A stretch of DNA of 64,000 bases from NCBI RefSeq assembly GCF_009914755.1, contig NC_060929.1, one strand, 5' to 3'. The position numbers and the translations under genes were made by a program. Under the pieces are notes generated by a model. It did not search any database and was not told the DNA's origin. It saw nothing but the letters and a program-made list of their open reading frames with translations. Shown here in pieces: positions 1-13,879 of this stretch; the stretch's first letter is position 1, and each line of letters begins with the position of its first letter. The DNA comes from the human T2T-CHM13v2.0 reference genome, Homo sapiens.

Positions 1-193
1 ACATGTTGCTGGTATTTTGCAAAGCCACATGCCTCTACAGAGTCATGTGCATACTCAGGACTTTGCACATATCCAGAAAAGACCTGTGAAGGCCATGATC
101 TCTGACCTCTGGAAGCCTTAAGACGGTAGGTAAATAGGAAGTAAAAACTAAGATGTAGTTAAAAACTACTTTTCAGAGTATTAAAAACATGCT

Positions 194-194
194 T

Positions 195-247
<53 letters not shown>

Positions 248-272
248 GAGACACACACACAAACACACACAC
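194..272. repeat. Compound (CT)n(CA)n microsatellite
   Basis: Read directly: ctctctct...cacacaca. Confidence 0.95.
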
Positions 273-1430
273 AGAGCCCATTCGCAAAGGCTAAAAGACT
301 TACTGGTGTGAGTAACTTAAGAGAATATATTAGATGACTACTAAGTGAACCAAGCAGAGACTTTAGTGGCTGCAGAATTCCTCCAGGATAATCCCTAAAT
401 GAACAAATAGCAACGATGAAAACTGCAACAAACAGTAACAGGAAATACTGAAGATTGGGGGAGGTAGGGTGCTTTCTAAAGTTCACACGTTTAAATTGTC
501 AACTAAATATACAGAGACAAAACAACAAAGCCTGGAGAGGGGAGAAAATCTGATTCCTGGAATGACTATATTTTATTATTTACAATATTGTTTAAACAAT
601 AATAAAATAAATGCAAAGAGACGGCATACTTCATACACACAAGGCAAAAATACAGTCAATAGAAACTGTTCCTGATGAACCCTAGAATATCGGTAAGTAT
701 ATACTTTTTAAATGAATTAAATAGAAATTTTAGAGTTGAAAATAAAACACTGAAATGAAAAGCTCACTAGAGTGTTTCAAAAGCAAATTTGAACATATAG
801 ACTAAATACTTATACTGAGATTACCCAACCTATGAAACAGACTAGAATAAAGAATGAATAAGACCTCACAGACTTGTACAGCATCATCAAGTATATCAGA
901 ATATTTATTACAGGATTCCCAGAAGAAAAGAGAGAGAAAGAAGCAGAAAGAAGACTTAGAAAATAAATGACTCAAAGTTTCCAAATGTAAAGAAAACTAT
1001 TTTGCATACCCCAAAATTCTAATGAGCTCCAGGTAAGATAAACTCAAAGAAAGCTATACTGACATTTATAGCCAATTTGGTAACATATAAAAACAAAAAG
1101 ACAACCGTCAAGATAAAATCTACTTATTACATCAACAAGATTAGCAGCTTACTTCTCAAGAGTCAAAAGGGAAAAAGAAAACTGTCCAGAATTCTACATA
1201 CAGCAAAATTATATTTTAATGACTAAAGAGAGTTTAAAAAAAATTACCAGACCAAAACTAATAAAAGGTATTGCTAATAGACTTGACTTAAAAAGACAGT
1301 TTTAAAAAGTCCTTATGACTGAAATAAAAGGACACTGGAAAGTAATTCAAATCCACACTACGAAGTTAAAAGCAATAATACAAGAAACTACATAGGTAAC
1401 TATAAAAGGTTTAGAATGTAGCATAAATAT

Positions 1431-1800
1431 ATTTTTATCGTGATAAAATACACATACAATTCATCATTTTAATCATTTTAAATATATAATTGAGTGGTAT
1501 TTGGTACATTTGCAGTATTGTCCAATTTTGTACTATATAGTTCCAGAACATTTCATATATCAAAATAAATTCTGCATTCATTATGTTTTTTGTCCTTATC
1601 TTCTCTTTCCTCAGCTCCTGAGAAAGAAAACTCAGTTTTCTGTTCTAAAATTTGCCTATTCTGGATATTTCATAGGAATGGTATCATACAATATGTGACA
1701 TTTTGTGTCTAGTTTCTTGAACTTGGCATGATATTTAAGACTCATCCATGTAGCATGTACCTATGCTACATTCCTTTTTGTGGCTGAATAATGTCTATTT
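1431..1800 (-). mobile_element. L1MB/ME-type 3' end fragment, antisense, inside the host L1
   Basis: 'tttgcctattctggatatttcataggaatggtatcatacaatatgtgac...ttcctttttgtggctgaataat' is the reverse complement of an L1M 3'UTR. Confidence 0.75.
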
Positions 1801-3879
1801 TTATCTGTAATATTTTTCTTGCCCAATTTTACTAAAAAAGTAATAATTATAAATCATTGTTGATAAACTTATATTATATAAAGATGTAATTTGTGTGACG
1901 ATAATTGAAGTTCCAAGAAGAGAAATAAATTGAGCTATATTTGAACAATTTTTTTGTATATTACTTAAGCTGTATAGGTAGTAAGGTGAATGATATTGTG
2001 TTAAATAATTTGTAATCCACATGACAACAACAACAAAAAATCAGTAAAATATATTACAGCAAGCTAAAAAAGAATTAAAATTGTACACATCAATCTGTCT
2101 TTATTCTTATTAGTATTTACATCAAGTATCATTAGATTAAAAACTACAGCGGAAAGTAAACATTGGCAGAAAGGTTAAAAAACACAATCTAATCACAGTG
2201 CTATCTATAAGAGACAAACTTTAGGTTCAAAGTTACAAGTAAGTTAAAAATAAAAGGATTTAGGAAGATATACCACATAAACACTACCTGAGACAGCTGA
2301 AGATGCTATAAATACATCTGAAAAAATAGACATTAACACAAAATTGCTGTTAGAATCAAACATTTTACAGTGATAAAATGATTTATTTAACAGAAAGACA
2401 TAATTATAAGCATAGTTACAACTAACACCACAGCCTCAAAATATATAAAGCAAAACCTGAAAAAAAATGAAAAAAAAGAGACAAATAAAAAATAATAGTA
2501 TGAGACTTTGTTCCTCCATCTAAAAAAAATGGATACATGTCAGTAGATCAAGGTAGAAATGGAAGGTGTTAACAATACCATAAATCCTCTAGACCTAATA
2601 TCAATAGAATACTGTAAAGTAAAACAATAGAACACACATTCTTCTCTATAGAAAGTTAAGCATTTATCCAGGATAAATCATATTTTGAGATACAAAATAA
2701 GACATAATAAATGTGAAAGTACTAAAATCATTCAAGTTATGTTTTCTGACCACAACACATTGAAATTAGAAATCACTAACACAAAAATTTTTTAAAGTCA
2801 TAAAATGTGGAAACTAAACCACATTTTCTTAAATAATGAATGACTAAAGAAAAAATCACAAGGAAATTAGAAAAAATAACATTGAGATGGATGAAAATGT
2901 AAATGCAGTGTATCAAAACTTATGAATACAGCAAATGCAGTGATGGAATAAATATATACCTACAAATACCTGTATTAAAACAAGATAAATGATCATAAAT
3001 AATAACATACCATTTTAATAAATTACAAAAATAAGGAAACAACTATACTCAAAGTAAACACAAGGAAGGACACTGTAGAGCCTATAAAACATAATAATAC
3101 TAATAATAAATAAAGAGAACACCAAGAGAGAAAATGTAGTAAAACCAAAGTTGAGTTCTTTTAAGGATCAATAAGATTGGTAAACTTTTAGCTATATTGA
3201 TGAGATAGAGATTTGAAGATATAATTATTAAAATCAGAAATGAAGAAAAGACATCATTAGTGACATTGCAGAAATGAAAAGGATTAATTATAAGAGGATA
3301 CTAGGAAAAATTGTTTGTATGTCATCACATTAGATAACGTAGAAGAAATGGAAAAAATCGTAGAGATATATAAACTACCAAAACTGTCTCAGAAGAAGGA
3401 ATAGAAGGTTTTTGTAAACCTATAACAAATCCAGTATCAGTGAAAATAACCTCACAAAGAAAAGCATGATCATAGATGACTTTACTTGTGAATTGTACCA
3501 AATGACTATAGAAAAATTAACACTAATTACCAATAACTTATTCGAAACACTTCCAAAATATTCTGAGGCAGGTGTTACCTTGATATCCAAAATAATGAGG
3601 ACATTACCAGAAATAAAAACAACAAACTGTTGTCCCTTATTGACACAGATACATAAATTCCCCCCTCAAAAAATACCTTCAAACAAAAGCCAGCAACATG
3701 TAAAAATGATTTGTATACCAGAACCAGTGGGAATTATTACAGAAATATAGGACTGATATAACTTGTCAAAATTGATCAATATAATGTCATATTAAGTGAA
3801 TTAAATAATTACAAATAAAAATTAATTTAGTTTCAATTAATTACTGGATATGAAGCATGTTATTCCAATACATCCTTAA

Positions 3880-4240
<361 letters not shown>

Positions 4241-4709
4241 TAGGAATATGACAAAACTTTCTTAACCTGACAAAGGTCATCTACAAAAATGTTCACAGTT
4301 TATATTCTACTAATGGTGAAAGACTTGATGTTTCCTCCATGACATAAGGAACAAGACTAAGAGATTTACTGTTGCCACTTCTATTGAATATTATACTGAA
4401 GATGCTAGCAAGTGCAACTTGTCTAGATAACTCCATGGATAAATAAATTTTAACAAATGGTGCTAGATCAACTGGATTTCAACATCCAAAAGAATGAAAA
4501 TTAAACTCTATCTTATGCAATGTACAAAAACTTAACTGGAAGTGTGTCACACAGATAAATGTAAGAGCTAAAACTATAAATTCTTAGAAAAATACCTGAG
4601 TAATCATAATTTTGAATTAGATTTTCAAAAATATGATATCTAGTGCACACATGACAAAAATAAAAGGCAGATTAGACTTTATCAAAATTAAAAACTCTTG
4701 GAGTTTAAA

Positions 4710-7700
4710 AGTACAGCAAAATGGCAGAATAGAAGCCTCCACTAATCACCCCCTCTGGCAAGGACACCAATTTAACAACTATCTACACAAGCAAAGCACC
4801 TTCAAAATCAAGTGAAGACTCAGTACCTGGTTTTAACTTCATATCACTAAAGTAGGCACTGAAGAGGAAGTCAAAAAGGTCTTAAATTACGCATGCCACC
4901 GGTCCTTCTCCCCCGTTAACAGTGTTGTGGTGTGGAGTGTTTCTGTGCACTGGGAGAGGGAAAGCACAGCTATTGCGAGGCATTGAATTTAGTGCTATTC
5001 TGTTGGAGCAGAAAGGAAAACCAGACCAAACTCTGATGCCTGTGCCCACAGGGAGCATTTAAATCAGTCCTAGGCAGAGGGGAATCACTGAACCTAGAGA
5101 TAAGAACTTAAGTTTTTACAAACCTCACCTCTGTAGGCTTAAATGCTGTGTGTCTCTAAGTAAAGTTGAAAAGCAATCTAGGCCACAAGGACTGTGACTC
5201 TCAGGCAAGTCCTAATGCTGAATTGTGGCCCAGATACAATAGACTTGGGGGACACATAATCTACTGGGAAACCAGCTGGGATGGCTAAGGGAGCACTGGC
5301 ATCACCACTACCTCAACCCCAGGCTGTACAATTCGTGGCTCCAAAAGAGATCCCTTTCTTCCACTTGAGTAGAAGAGAGGAAAGAGTAGGGAGAATATTG
5401 TCTTGCATCTTGCATACCAGTTCAGCCGCAGCAGGACAGGACACCAGTCAGAATTGTGAGGCCCCCATTCCAGGCCCTACCTCCTAGCTCCAGGGAGACA
5501 TTTCTAGACATACCTTAGGGAAGAAGGGAACCCACTGCCTTGAAGGGAAGGACCCAGTCCTGGCAACATTCATCACCTGCTATCTGAAGAATCTTGGACC
5601 CTGAATAAGCAGCAGCGATACCCAGGTAATACAGCAAGGGCCTTGGATGGGCTTCTGAGACTTGCTGACCTCAGGTACCAGCTTGGCCACAGGGGAATAG
5701 AATACCAAGTCATGTCTTGGGGTACCTGATTCCAGGACTTGACCCTTGGCCCTGGCCAGAGGAGAGTCCACTTCCCTGAAGGGTGAATCCCAGGCCAGAC
5801 ATTACTCACCACAGACTGATTTAACAGCCCTTGGGCCTTGAGGGAACATTGACAGTAGTCTGGCAGTATTCCCCATGGGCCTCTGGTGATGGTGGCCACA
5901 GGATAAGACTGCTCTGCTTTTGCCAAGGGGTGGAGGAATAATGGGAAGGACTGTGTCTTTGGTTTGAGTGCCACCCTAGCAACAAGACAGTAGAATACTA
6001 AATAGACTTCTAAGGTTTTTGACCCTAGTCCCTGATTTCCAGACAGCGCTTCTGGATCCACTCAGAGCCTGAGGGAATTTGCTGTCCTGAAAGGAAGAAC
6101 CTAGACCTGGCAGCATTCATCTCATGTTAACGGAAGAACCTTGGGCCCTGAATAACAAACAGTGATACCGAGGTATTACGTCAGGGCCCTTGGGTGAGCC
6201 TCTGAAACTTGCTGGCTTTAGATACCAGCACAGCCACAGTGGGGTAGATAATCAAGAGGGCTCTTGGCATTTTTGATTCAAGAGGTTGACTTCTGGATGG
6301 CATTTCTGGACCTACCCTGGGCTATAAAGAAGCCCACTGCCCTGAAGTGTGAGTCCCAGGCCAGGCAGCATTCACCACCAGCTGACTTAAGAGCCCTTGG
6401 GCCTTAAGGAAACACCGGCATTAATCTGTCAGTAGTCTGCATGGCCTGTGTTGATGGCGGCTATGGGGTGAGGCTCCTCTGCCTTTGGAAAGGGAAGGTA
6501 AGAGGGGGAAAGACTACGTTTTGTGGTTTGAGTGTCAGCTCAGCCATAGTATAAAAGAATACCAGGTGTTTTCCTCTAGTCTCTGACTCCAAGAGAATAC
6601 TTCTGGAGCCACTTAAGGCCTGGGAGACTTCACCACATGAAGAGAGAAACACAGGCCTGGCTGTCTGTGCCACCTGTTGATTGTAGAGCTCCTGGGCCTT
6701 GAGTGAACATAGGCAGTATCCAGAGAGTGGTTACAGTAGTACTTGGGTGAGTCCTAGTGATGTGCTGGCTTTAGTTTTGACCCAGAACAGTCATAGTAAT
6801 GGTGGCCATAGGGGTTCTTGTGTTACTTCACTCCCATCTTTAGGTGGATAAAGAACTGAAAGAGAGGCTCCATTTCTTTAGGAAAAAGTAAGGAAAGAGA
6901 AAAGAGTCTCTGCCTGGTAATCTAGAGAATTCTACAGAACTTGTCCAAGACCATCTAGGTTGCCCCTCTAAGACACTGCAAGAACCTCAGTGTTACTGGG
7001 CTTGGGGCATACCCTAAAGCAGATACAGCTTATATCACAACACCAAAACCCTTTGGAATATCCAGAAAGCCTTCCTGAGAAAGACAGAAAAAACAAGCCC
7101 AGACTATTAACACTACAATAAATACCCAACTCTTCAGTGCCCAGACACAGACAGACATCTACAAGTGTCAAGAGATAATCCAGGAAAACATGACCTTACC
7201 AAACGAAATAAATACGACACTAGGGACCAATCCTGGAAAAAGAGAGATTCATGACATTTTGGACAGTATATTCGAAATAGCTGTTTTGAGAAAACTCAGG
7301 GAAATTCAAGATAACACAGGGAAGGAATTCAGAATTCTATCAGATCAATTTATCAAATAAATTGAAATAATGACAAAGAACTCAGGAGCTGAAAAATGCA
7401 GTTGGCATACTGAGGAATATATCAGAATTTTTAAATAGCAGAATAGATCAAGGAAAAGAAAAAGTAAGTGATCTTGAAGACAGACTACTTGAAAATACAT
7501 GGTCAGAGGAGTTAAAAGAAAAAAGAATGGAAGGCAATGAAACACACTTATAGGATCCAGAAAATAGCCTCAAAAAGGTAAATCTAAAAGTTATTAGCCT
7601 TGAAGAAGTGGTGGAAGGAGAGGTGAGGATAGAAAGTTTATTCAAAGGGATAATAACAGAGACATTCCCAAACCTAGAGGAAGATATAAATATCCAAGTA

Positions 7701-8257
7701 CAAGAAGATTATAGAACATAAAATATTTGATATGGTCTGGCTCTGTGTCCCCACCCAAATCTCATCTTGAATTATAATCTAAATCATAATCCCCATGTAT
7801 TGGGGGAGGGACCTCATGGGAGATGATTAGATCATGGTGGTGGTTCCCCCATGCTGCTCTCATGATAGTGAGTGAGTTCTCACAAGATCTGATGGCTTTA
7901 TAAGGGGCTTTTACCCTCTTCACTCTGCACTTCTCTCTCCTGCTGCCATGTGAGAAGGACATGTTTGCTTCCCCTTACACCATGACTGTTAAGTTTCCTT
8001 AGACCTCCCTAACCATGTGGAACCATCAGTCAATTAAATCTCTTTCCTTTATAAATGACTCAGTCTTGGGTACTTCTTCATAGCAGCGTGAGAACAGACT
8101 GATGTAATGTTTAACCCAAAGAAGCCTACTTCAAGGCATTTAATAATCATACTCCCAAGAGTAAAGGTAAATAAAGGATCCTAAAATCAGCAAGATAAAA
8201 TAAACAACATACAATGGAGCTTCAATACATCTGACAGCAGACTTTTAGTGGAAACCT
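4710..8257 (+). mobile_element. L1MA1-3-type (L1M1-like) 5'UTR with internal tandem repeats plus partial ORF1; no 3' end
   Basis: Starts 'aaaatggcagaatagaagcctccactaatc...caaggacaccaatttaacaactatctacac'. ORF1 start near 7190 (caggaaaacatgacc). ORF1 homology stops at 'gcagacttttagtggaaacct' near 8257. Confidence 0.8.
7728..8106 (+). mobile_element. THE1 (THE1D-like) MaLR solo LTR inserted in L1 ORF1
   Basis: 'tgatatggtctggctctgtgtccccacccaaatctcatcttgaatt...cttcatagcagcgtgagaacagact'. Near-perfect 5-bp TSD atatt/atgtt. L1 ORF1 continues across it. Confidence 0.92.
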
Positions 8258-11200
8258 GTCTACCCAGACCCAAAGCCAAAGCATTATTCCCAACCAACTG
8301 ACAGTCTAGAACCGAGCTACAAGAAAATTCCTCTTTATGCAAAAGCTACTTTATTAAATTGGTAAAAGCAACTGGGTCACTAGACACAAATATATCAATT
8401 AAGGGCCAAAGAAACATGAGGAAAGCAAGGAAACATGACATCACCAAAGAAATACAAAAGTCTCCAGGAATAGATGAATTCCAAAGAAGATATTGATGAA
8501 ATGCATGAAAAGGAATTAAAAATAACAATAGTAAGAATATCAGTGAGATACAAGAAAATACAGACAAATATTTCAATGAAATCAAGTAAACAGCTTATTA
8601 TCTGATTGATAAATTTAACAGAGGTGGATATAATAAAAAAGAACCAAAAAAGACATCTAGAACTGAGAAATTCCACAAATAAAAAAATACAATTGAGATC
8701 TTCAACAACAGACTTGATCAAACAGAAGAAAAATGTCTTAACTTGATTGCAGGTTGTTTGAAATAATCCAATGATCTAAGCTGCTACAGCAGAGCACTAT
8801 TTTGAAACCAGACAGTTTCAAGAGGAAGGAGAAAGAAACAATAATACAAAAGAATGGAGATAGCCAGCAGAATTATGGGACACCATTAAATAAGCAAATA
8901 ATATTTCCGAAGTGACAGAGGGAGAAGAAATGGGGAAAGGTACAGAAAACTTATTTAACAGCATGATAGCTGAAAACTTCCTAGTCTTGGGAGAGATATG
9001 GACATCCAGACTCAAGAAGTTCAAAGGTTCTGAATGACATATAACCACCCCAAGTTTTCTCCAAGGCACATTATAATCAAACTGTCAAAATTCAAAGACA
9101 AAGAGACAATTCTAAAAGCTGCAGTGGATAATTGTCAAGTCATGTATAAGGGAATTTCCATTAGATCAGCAGCAGATTTCTCAGCAGCAACCTTGCAGGA
9201 CAAGAGAGAATGTGATGATATATTTGAAGTGCTGAAAGAAAATAACTGTCAACCAAGAATACTATTACCAATAATGCTGTACTTCAGAGAGGAAAGAAAA
9301 ATAAGTATTTCCCAGACAAGCAGAAACTGAGAAAATTTATCACCTGTAGACTGACCTTACAAGCAGTGCTTAAGAGAGTGTGGCAAATGGAAACAAAATG
9401 ATACTGATTCCTAAAACATGGGAAAGCACAAAATTCACCAATGTAAGTAAACTTATTAATTTAACATTACTTCACTGCTGTTATGGTGCTATGTAAATCT
9501 TTTAATGCTCTAGTATAATAAAGTCAAAAAGGTAAAAAAAATCAACAGCCCCAATTCATAGCTAAAAAAAAATACATAAAATATATAGATGCAAATTAAG
9601 GCAACCAATGTACCATTTTGGGAGAGAGGGAAAAAGCCTAGAATATTCTTACATAAACAAAGTTAAGTAGGTATCAGGTTAAAATAGTCTATTATAACTA
9701 CTAGGCCCTACATTAACCTCATGATAATTAAAAAAAGAAAGAAATTATATCAGATACATAATGAATAAAGAGAAAGGAAGCAAAGCTTAGCAGGACAGAA
9801 ATCCATCCAATCACAGAGGTAAACGACCAGAGATAAAGAATGGAACAAATGATCTACAAAACAATCAGAAAACAATGAACAAAATAGCAGGAATAATTCC
9901 TCACCTATCAATAATAACTTTGAATGTAAATGTATTAAATTATCCAATTAAAAGAAACAGCATGGCTAAAATGGATTAAAAAAACAACAACACTCATATA
10001 GTTGTAAGCAACTCTCTGTTGCCTAAAAGATACTTGATTTCACTATTGAAGACAAACATTGAAAGTTAAGAAATGGACAAAGTTATTTCATGCAAATGTG
10101 AGCAGGAACAGTCATACTTAGATAAAATAAGCTTTATGTCAAAAACTGTGAAAAGTGACAAAGCAGGAAATTATATGATGATAAAGGGATTAATTCAATA
10201 AGAGAATATAAGAATGATAAATATGTATTATCGCAACACAAGATCACCCAAATATATAAAGCAAATATTATTAGATATAAAGGAAGATACAGACAGCAAT
10301 ACAACAATAGGAGGGGAATTCAACTCCTCAGTTACAACTACAGCCAGATCATCTAGACAGTAAGTCAACAAAGAAGGATTAAACTTAAATATCACAGACC
10401 AAATAGATCTAAGAGACAGTTAGACACTGTTACATCCAACTGCTGCAGAATGTACATTCTTCTCAACCATACATGGAGCATTATCCAGGATAGATAATAT
10501 ATTATGCCACAAAAGATATCTTAGCATATTTAAGAAGAGTGATATTATAGGAAGTATCTTTTCAGAATTCAATAATTTAAAATAGAAATCAAAAAGAAAA
10601 ACAAAATTTTTAGAAATATGTGAAAACGAAACAGCATGCTCCCAAATAATAGACCACTGAATAAATTAAAACAAATATTAAAATATTGCCTGAAACAAAT
10701 AAGAATGTAAACATATCAAATGAAAATCTATGGTACAAACAAAACCAAATGTAAGTGGGAAGTTCATAGCAATAAACAGCTATATCAAAAGAGAAGAATA
10801 ATTTCTAATAACCAAACTGTACCTCTCAAGGAGCTAGTGAAACAAGAACTAAATCCAAAATTGGTAGAAGGAAGAACAAAAATAAAGCTCAGAGCTGAAA
10901 AATCTGAAATAAAAACTGTAGAAAGTAAACAAACAAATGAAACAAAAAAGCATAAAATCAAAAATAGCAGCAAAATTAAGAGATAATTTCTTAAAAGAGT
11001 AAATAAAATAAATCTTTGCCAAGATTAAGAATTAAAGAGAAATGAGTGAAATAAAATCACGAGTGAAAATGGAGACAGTACATGTGATATCACAGAGATA
11101 CAAAGATCCTGGGAATATGATGAACAACTATAAACTGACAAATTTGAGAACATAGAAGAAAAAAAAGAAAAAAGAAAACTATGGACCAATATCCCCAATT

Positions 11201-13715
11201 AACATAGATGCAAAAATACTCAACAAGATACTAGCAAACTGAATTCAACAGCACATTAAAAAGGTCATTCGCTGTGATTCCTGGGGACTCAAAGATGGTT
11301 CAGCATATGTAAATAAATAAATATGATACGTTATTTTAACAAAAAGGAAGATAAAAACCATATCATCATTTGAATATACTCAGAAAAAAAGCATTTCACA
11401 AAATTCAAAGTTCCTTCATGCTAAAAATTCTCAACAAATTAGATATAGATATGTAACTCAATAAAATAAAGACCACATAAAAACATACCTAATATTATAC
11501 TCGATGGGAAAAATGCTGAAAGCTATTTCTGCAAGATTAAGAACAAGACAATGATGCCCACTTTCACCACTCTTATTCAACATAATACTACCCACAGCAT
11601 TTAGGCAAGAAAAAGAAATAAAGGGCGTCCAAATTTGAAAAGCAAAAGGCACTTTGTCCCCCTTCAAAGATTACATGATCTTATATATGGCAAAAACATA
11701 AAGACGCTACCCAAAACTTTGAGAACTGAGAACTGATAAGCAAATTCAGTAAAGTTAAAAGATACAAAATCAACATACAAAAATTAGTAGCATTTCTATA
11801 CACGGATCGCAAACTAGCTGAAAAAAAAATCAAGAAAACAATTCCATTTAAAATAGCTACAAACAAGATACCTAGTAATAAAGTTGTCCAAAAAGGTAAA
11901 AGTTCTCTACACTAAAAACTACAAAACATTGTTAAAAATATGGAAGGAGACACAAGCAAATAAAACGTATCCTGTGTTTATGACTTGGAAGAATCAATAT
12001 TGTTAAAATGACCATACTACTCAAAGTGATCTACAGATTCAATGCAATCTTGGTCAAAGTGCCAATGATGTTCTTTGCAGAAATAGAAAAAAGTCCTAAA
12101 ATTTATATAGAACCACAAAAGACCCCAAATAGCCAAACCAATACTAAGCACACAGAACAAATTTGAGGCATCACACTACCTAACTTCAAAAGAGACTACA
12201 AAGGTATAGTAACCTGAACAGCATGATATAGGCATAAAAACAGACACATTGATCAATGGAACAAAATAGAAAGCCTAGAAAAGCATTAATTCATCAACTC
12301 CCACTTCTTTTAAACAAAGGTGCTAAGAACACATACTAGGGAAAAGGCGGTTTCTTCAATTAATAGTTCTTGGGGAATTGGATATTTATATGTAGAACAT
12401 TGACACTAGTCTCCTACATCTCACTGTACAAAAAAGTGAATACAAAATGGATTGAAGACTTAAACTTAAAACCCAAAACTCTGAAACTACTGAAAGAATC
12501 CATAGGGTAAACACTTTACAAGATTAGCCTGGGCAAGAATTTTTCCAGTTAAGGCTTTAATAGCACAGACAACAAAAACAGGCAGATGAGATTACCTCAA
12601 CTAAAAGCTTTTGCATGGCAAAGGAAACAATTAACAAAATAAAAAAGACAACCTAAAATTTGGGTGAAAATACTTGCAAACTATACCCCTGACAGAGGGT
12701 TGATATCCAGAATATATAAGAAATTTAAATAACTTAATAGTAAAAAATACTTCAACTTATACACGAACAAAAGACCTTGGTAGATATTTCTTAAAAGAAG
12801 ACATACGAATATCAAACAGGTACATGAAGAAATGCTCAGCATCACTAATCATCAGGGAAATTCAAATGAACACCACAATGAGACACCACCTCACTTCAGT
12901 TAGAATGACGATCACCAAAAGGACAAAAGAATACAGGTGTTGGTGAGGATGTGGAGTAAAGGGAACCCTTACACACTCTTGATAAGCCACTTTGACAAAC
13001 AGTATGGTGGTTCCTCAAAATATTAAAAATAGAACTGCCATATGATTCAGCAATACCACTTACTGGGTATGTGTCAAAAGGAAAGGAAATCAGTATGTCT
13101 AAGAGATATCTGCATTCCCATGTTTAATGCAACACTATTTACAATAGTCAATATATGGAACAACCTAAGTGTCTAACAACTGTTGAATGGATGAAGAAAA
13201 TGTAGTATATATACACAATGGATTACTATTCAGCCACTGAAAGAATGAAATCCTGTCACTTGAGACAAGAGGGATGAACCTGGAGGACATCATGTTAAGT
13301 GAAATAAATTCGACACAGGAAGACAAATGCCATATGGTCTCATATGTGGAATCTAAAAAAAAAAAAAAGAGTTGATAAAATACAGCACATCAGTGGTTAA
13401 CGGAGACTGGAGGTAAAAAGCAGGAGGGGAAGTTGGTGAAAGATTAGTCAATGGATACAAAGTTACAATTAAATAGGAGTAATAAGTTCTGTTGCATGGT
13501 AAGGATAAAAATGCTTCAAAGTAATAATAGTGTATGTTACAAAATAGCTAGGAGAGAGAGGTTTGAAAATTCTCATCACATACAGTTGAAAAATACATGA
13601 GGGGATGGATATGCTAAATACTATGATTTTATTATGCTACAACATATATATGTATCAAAACACCAAATTGTACCTGTGTATATGTATAATTATAATGTCT
13701 TAAATATAATAAATA
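8258..13715 (+). mobile_element. L1MA4-6-type element: end of 5'UTR, ORF1, ORF2 with internal deletion, 3'UTR
   Basis: Second ORF1 start near 8435 (gaaacatgacatcacc). ORF2 EN/RT/C-terminal homology from about 9.9 to 13.3 kb. L1MA 3'UTR 'gatggatatgctaaatactatgatttt...tgtataattataatgtc'. Confidence 0.88.
9034..9330 (+). pseudogene. L1 ORF1p C-terminal remnant
   Basis: Translation SPRHIIIKLSKFKDKETILKAA...YKGISIRSAADFSAATLQ...DDIFEVLKENNCQPRILLP matches L1 ORF1p RRM/CTD motifs. Only a fragment is open. Confidence 0.85.
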
Positions 13716-13875
13716 TCATACATAATAAAATATATTATTACATTATATGTCAATGTATAATATAATTTATATAATTACATAAGCATAATAAATTGCATAT
13801 AAAATGATGTATTATATAATAATATATTACATTATAGTATCAATAAAATATAATTATGAATGGTATAATATCTAC
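13700..13875. repeat. AT-rich low-complexity tract, probably a decayed L1 poly(A) tail
   Basis: Almost pure A/T (tataat/aatat units) directly after the L1MA 3'UTR. Confidence 0.75.
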
Positions 13876-13879
13876 AGTA

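Noticed and set aside
181-486. 101-aa ORF ending CVCVCV...ERERER
   Set aside because: Translation artefact of the (CT)n(CA)n microsatellite within L1 sequence.
5573-6061. Longest ORF (162 aa), antisense in the L1 5'UTR, superficially ORF0-like
   Set aside because: Lies in the GC-richer tandem array of an old L1M 5'UTR. ORF0 is described for young L1PA elements and I see no similarity or domain.
5495-6750. Regularly spaced repeats that could suggest a CRISPR-like array
   Set aside because: Long diverged monomers without unique spacers, in a eukaryotic L1 context with no cas genes.
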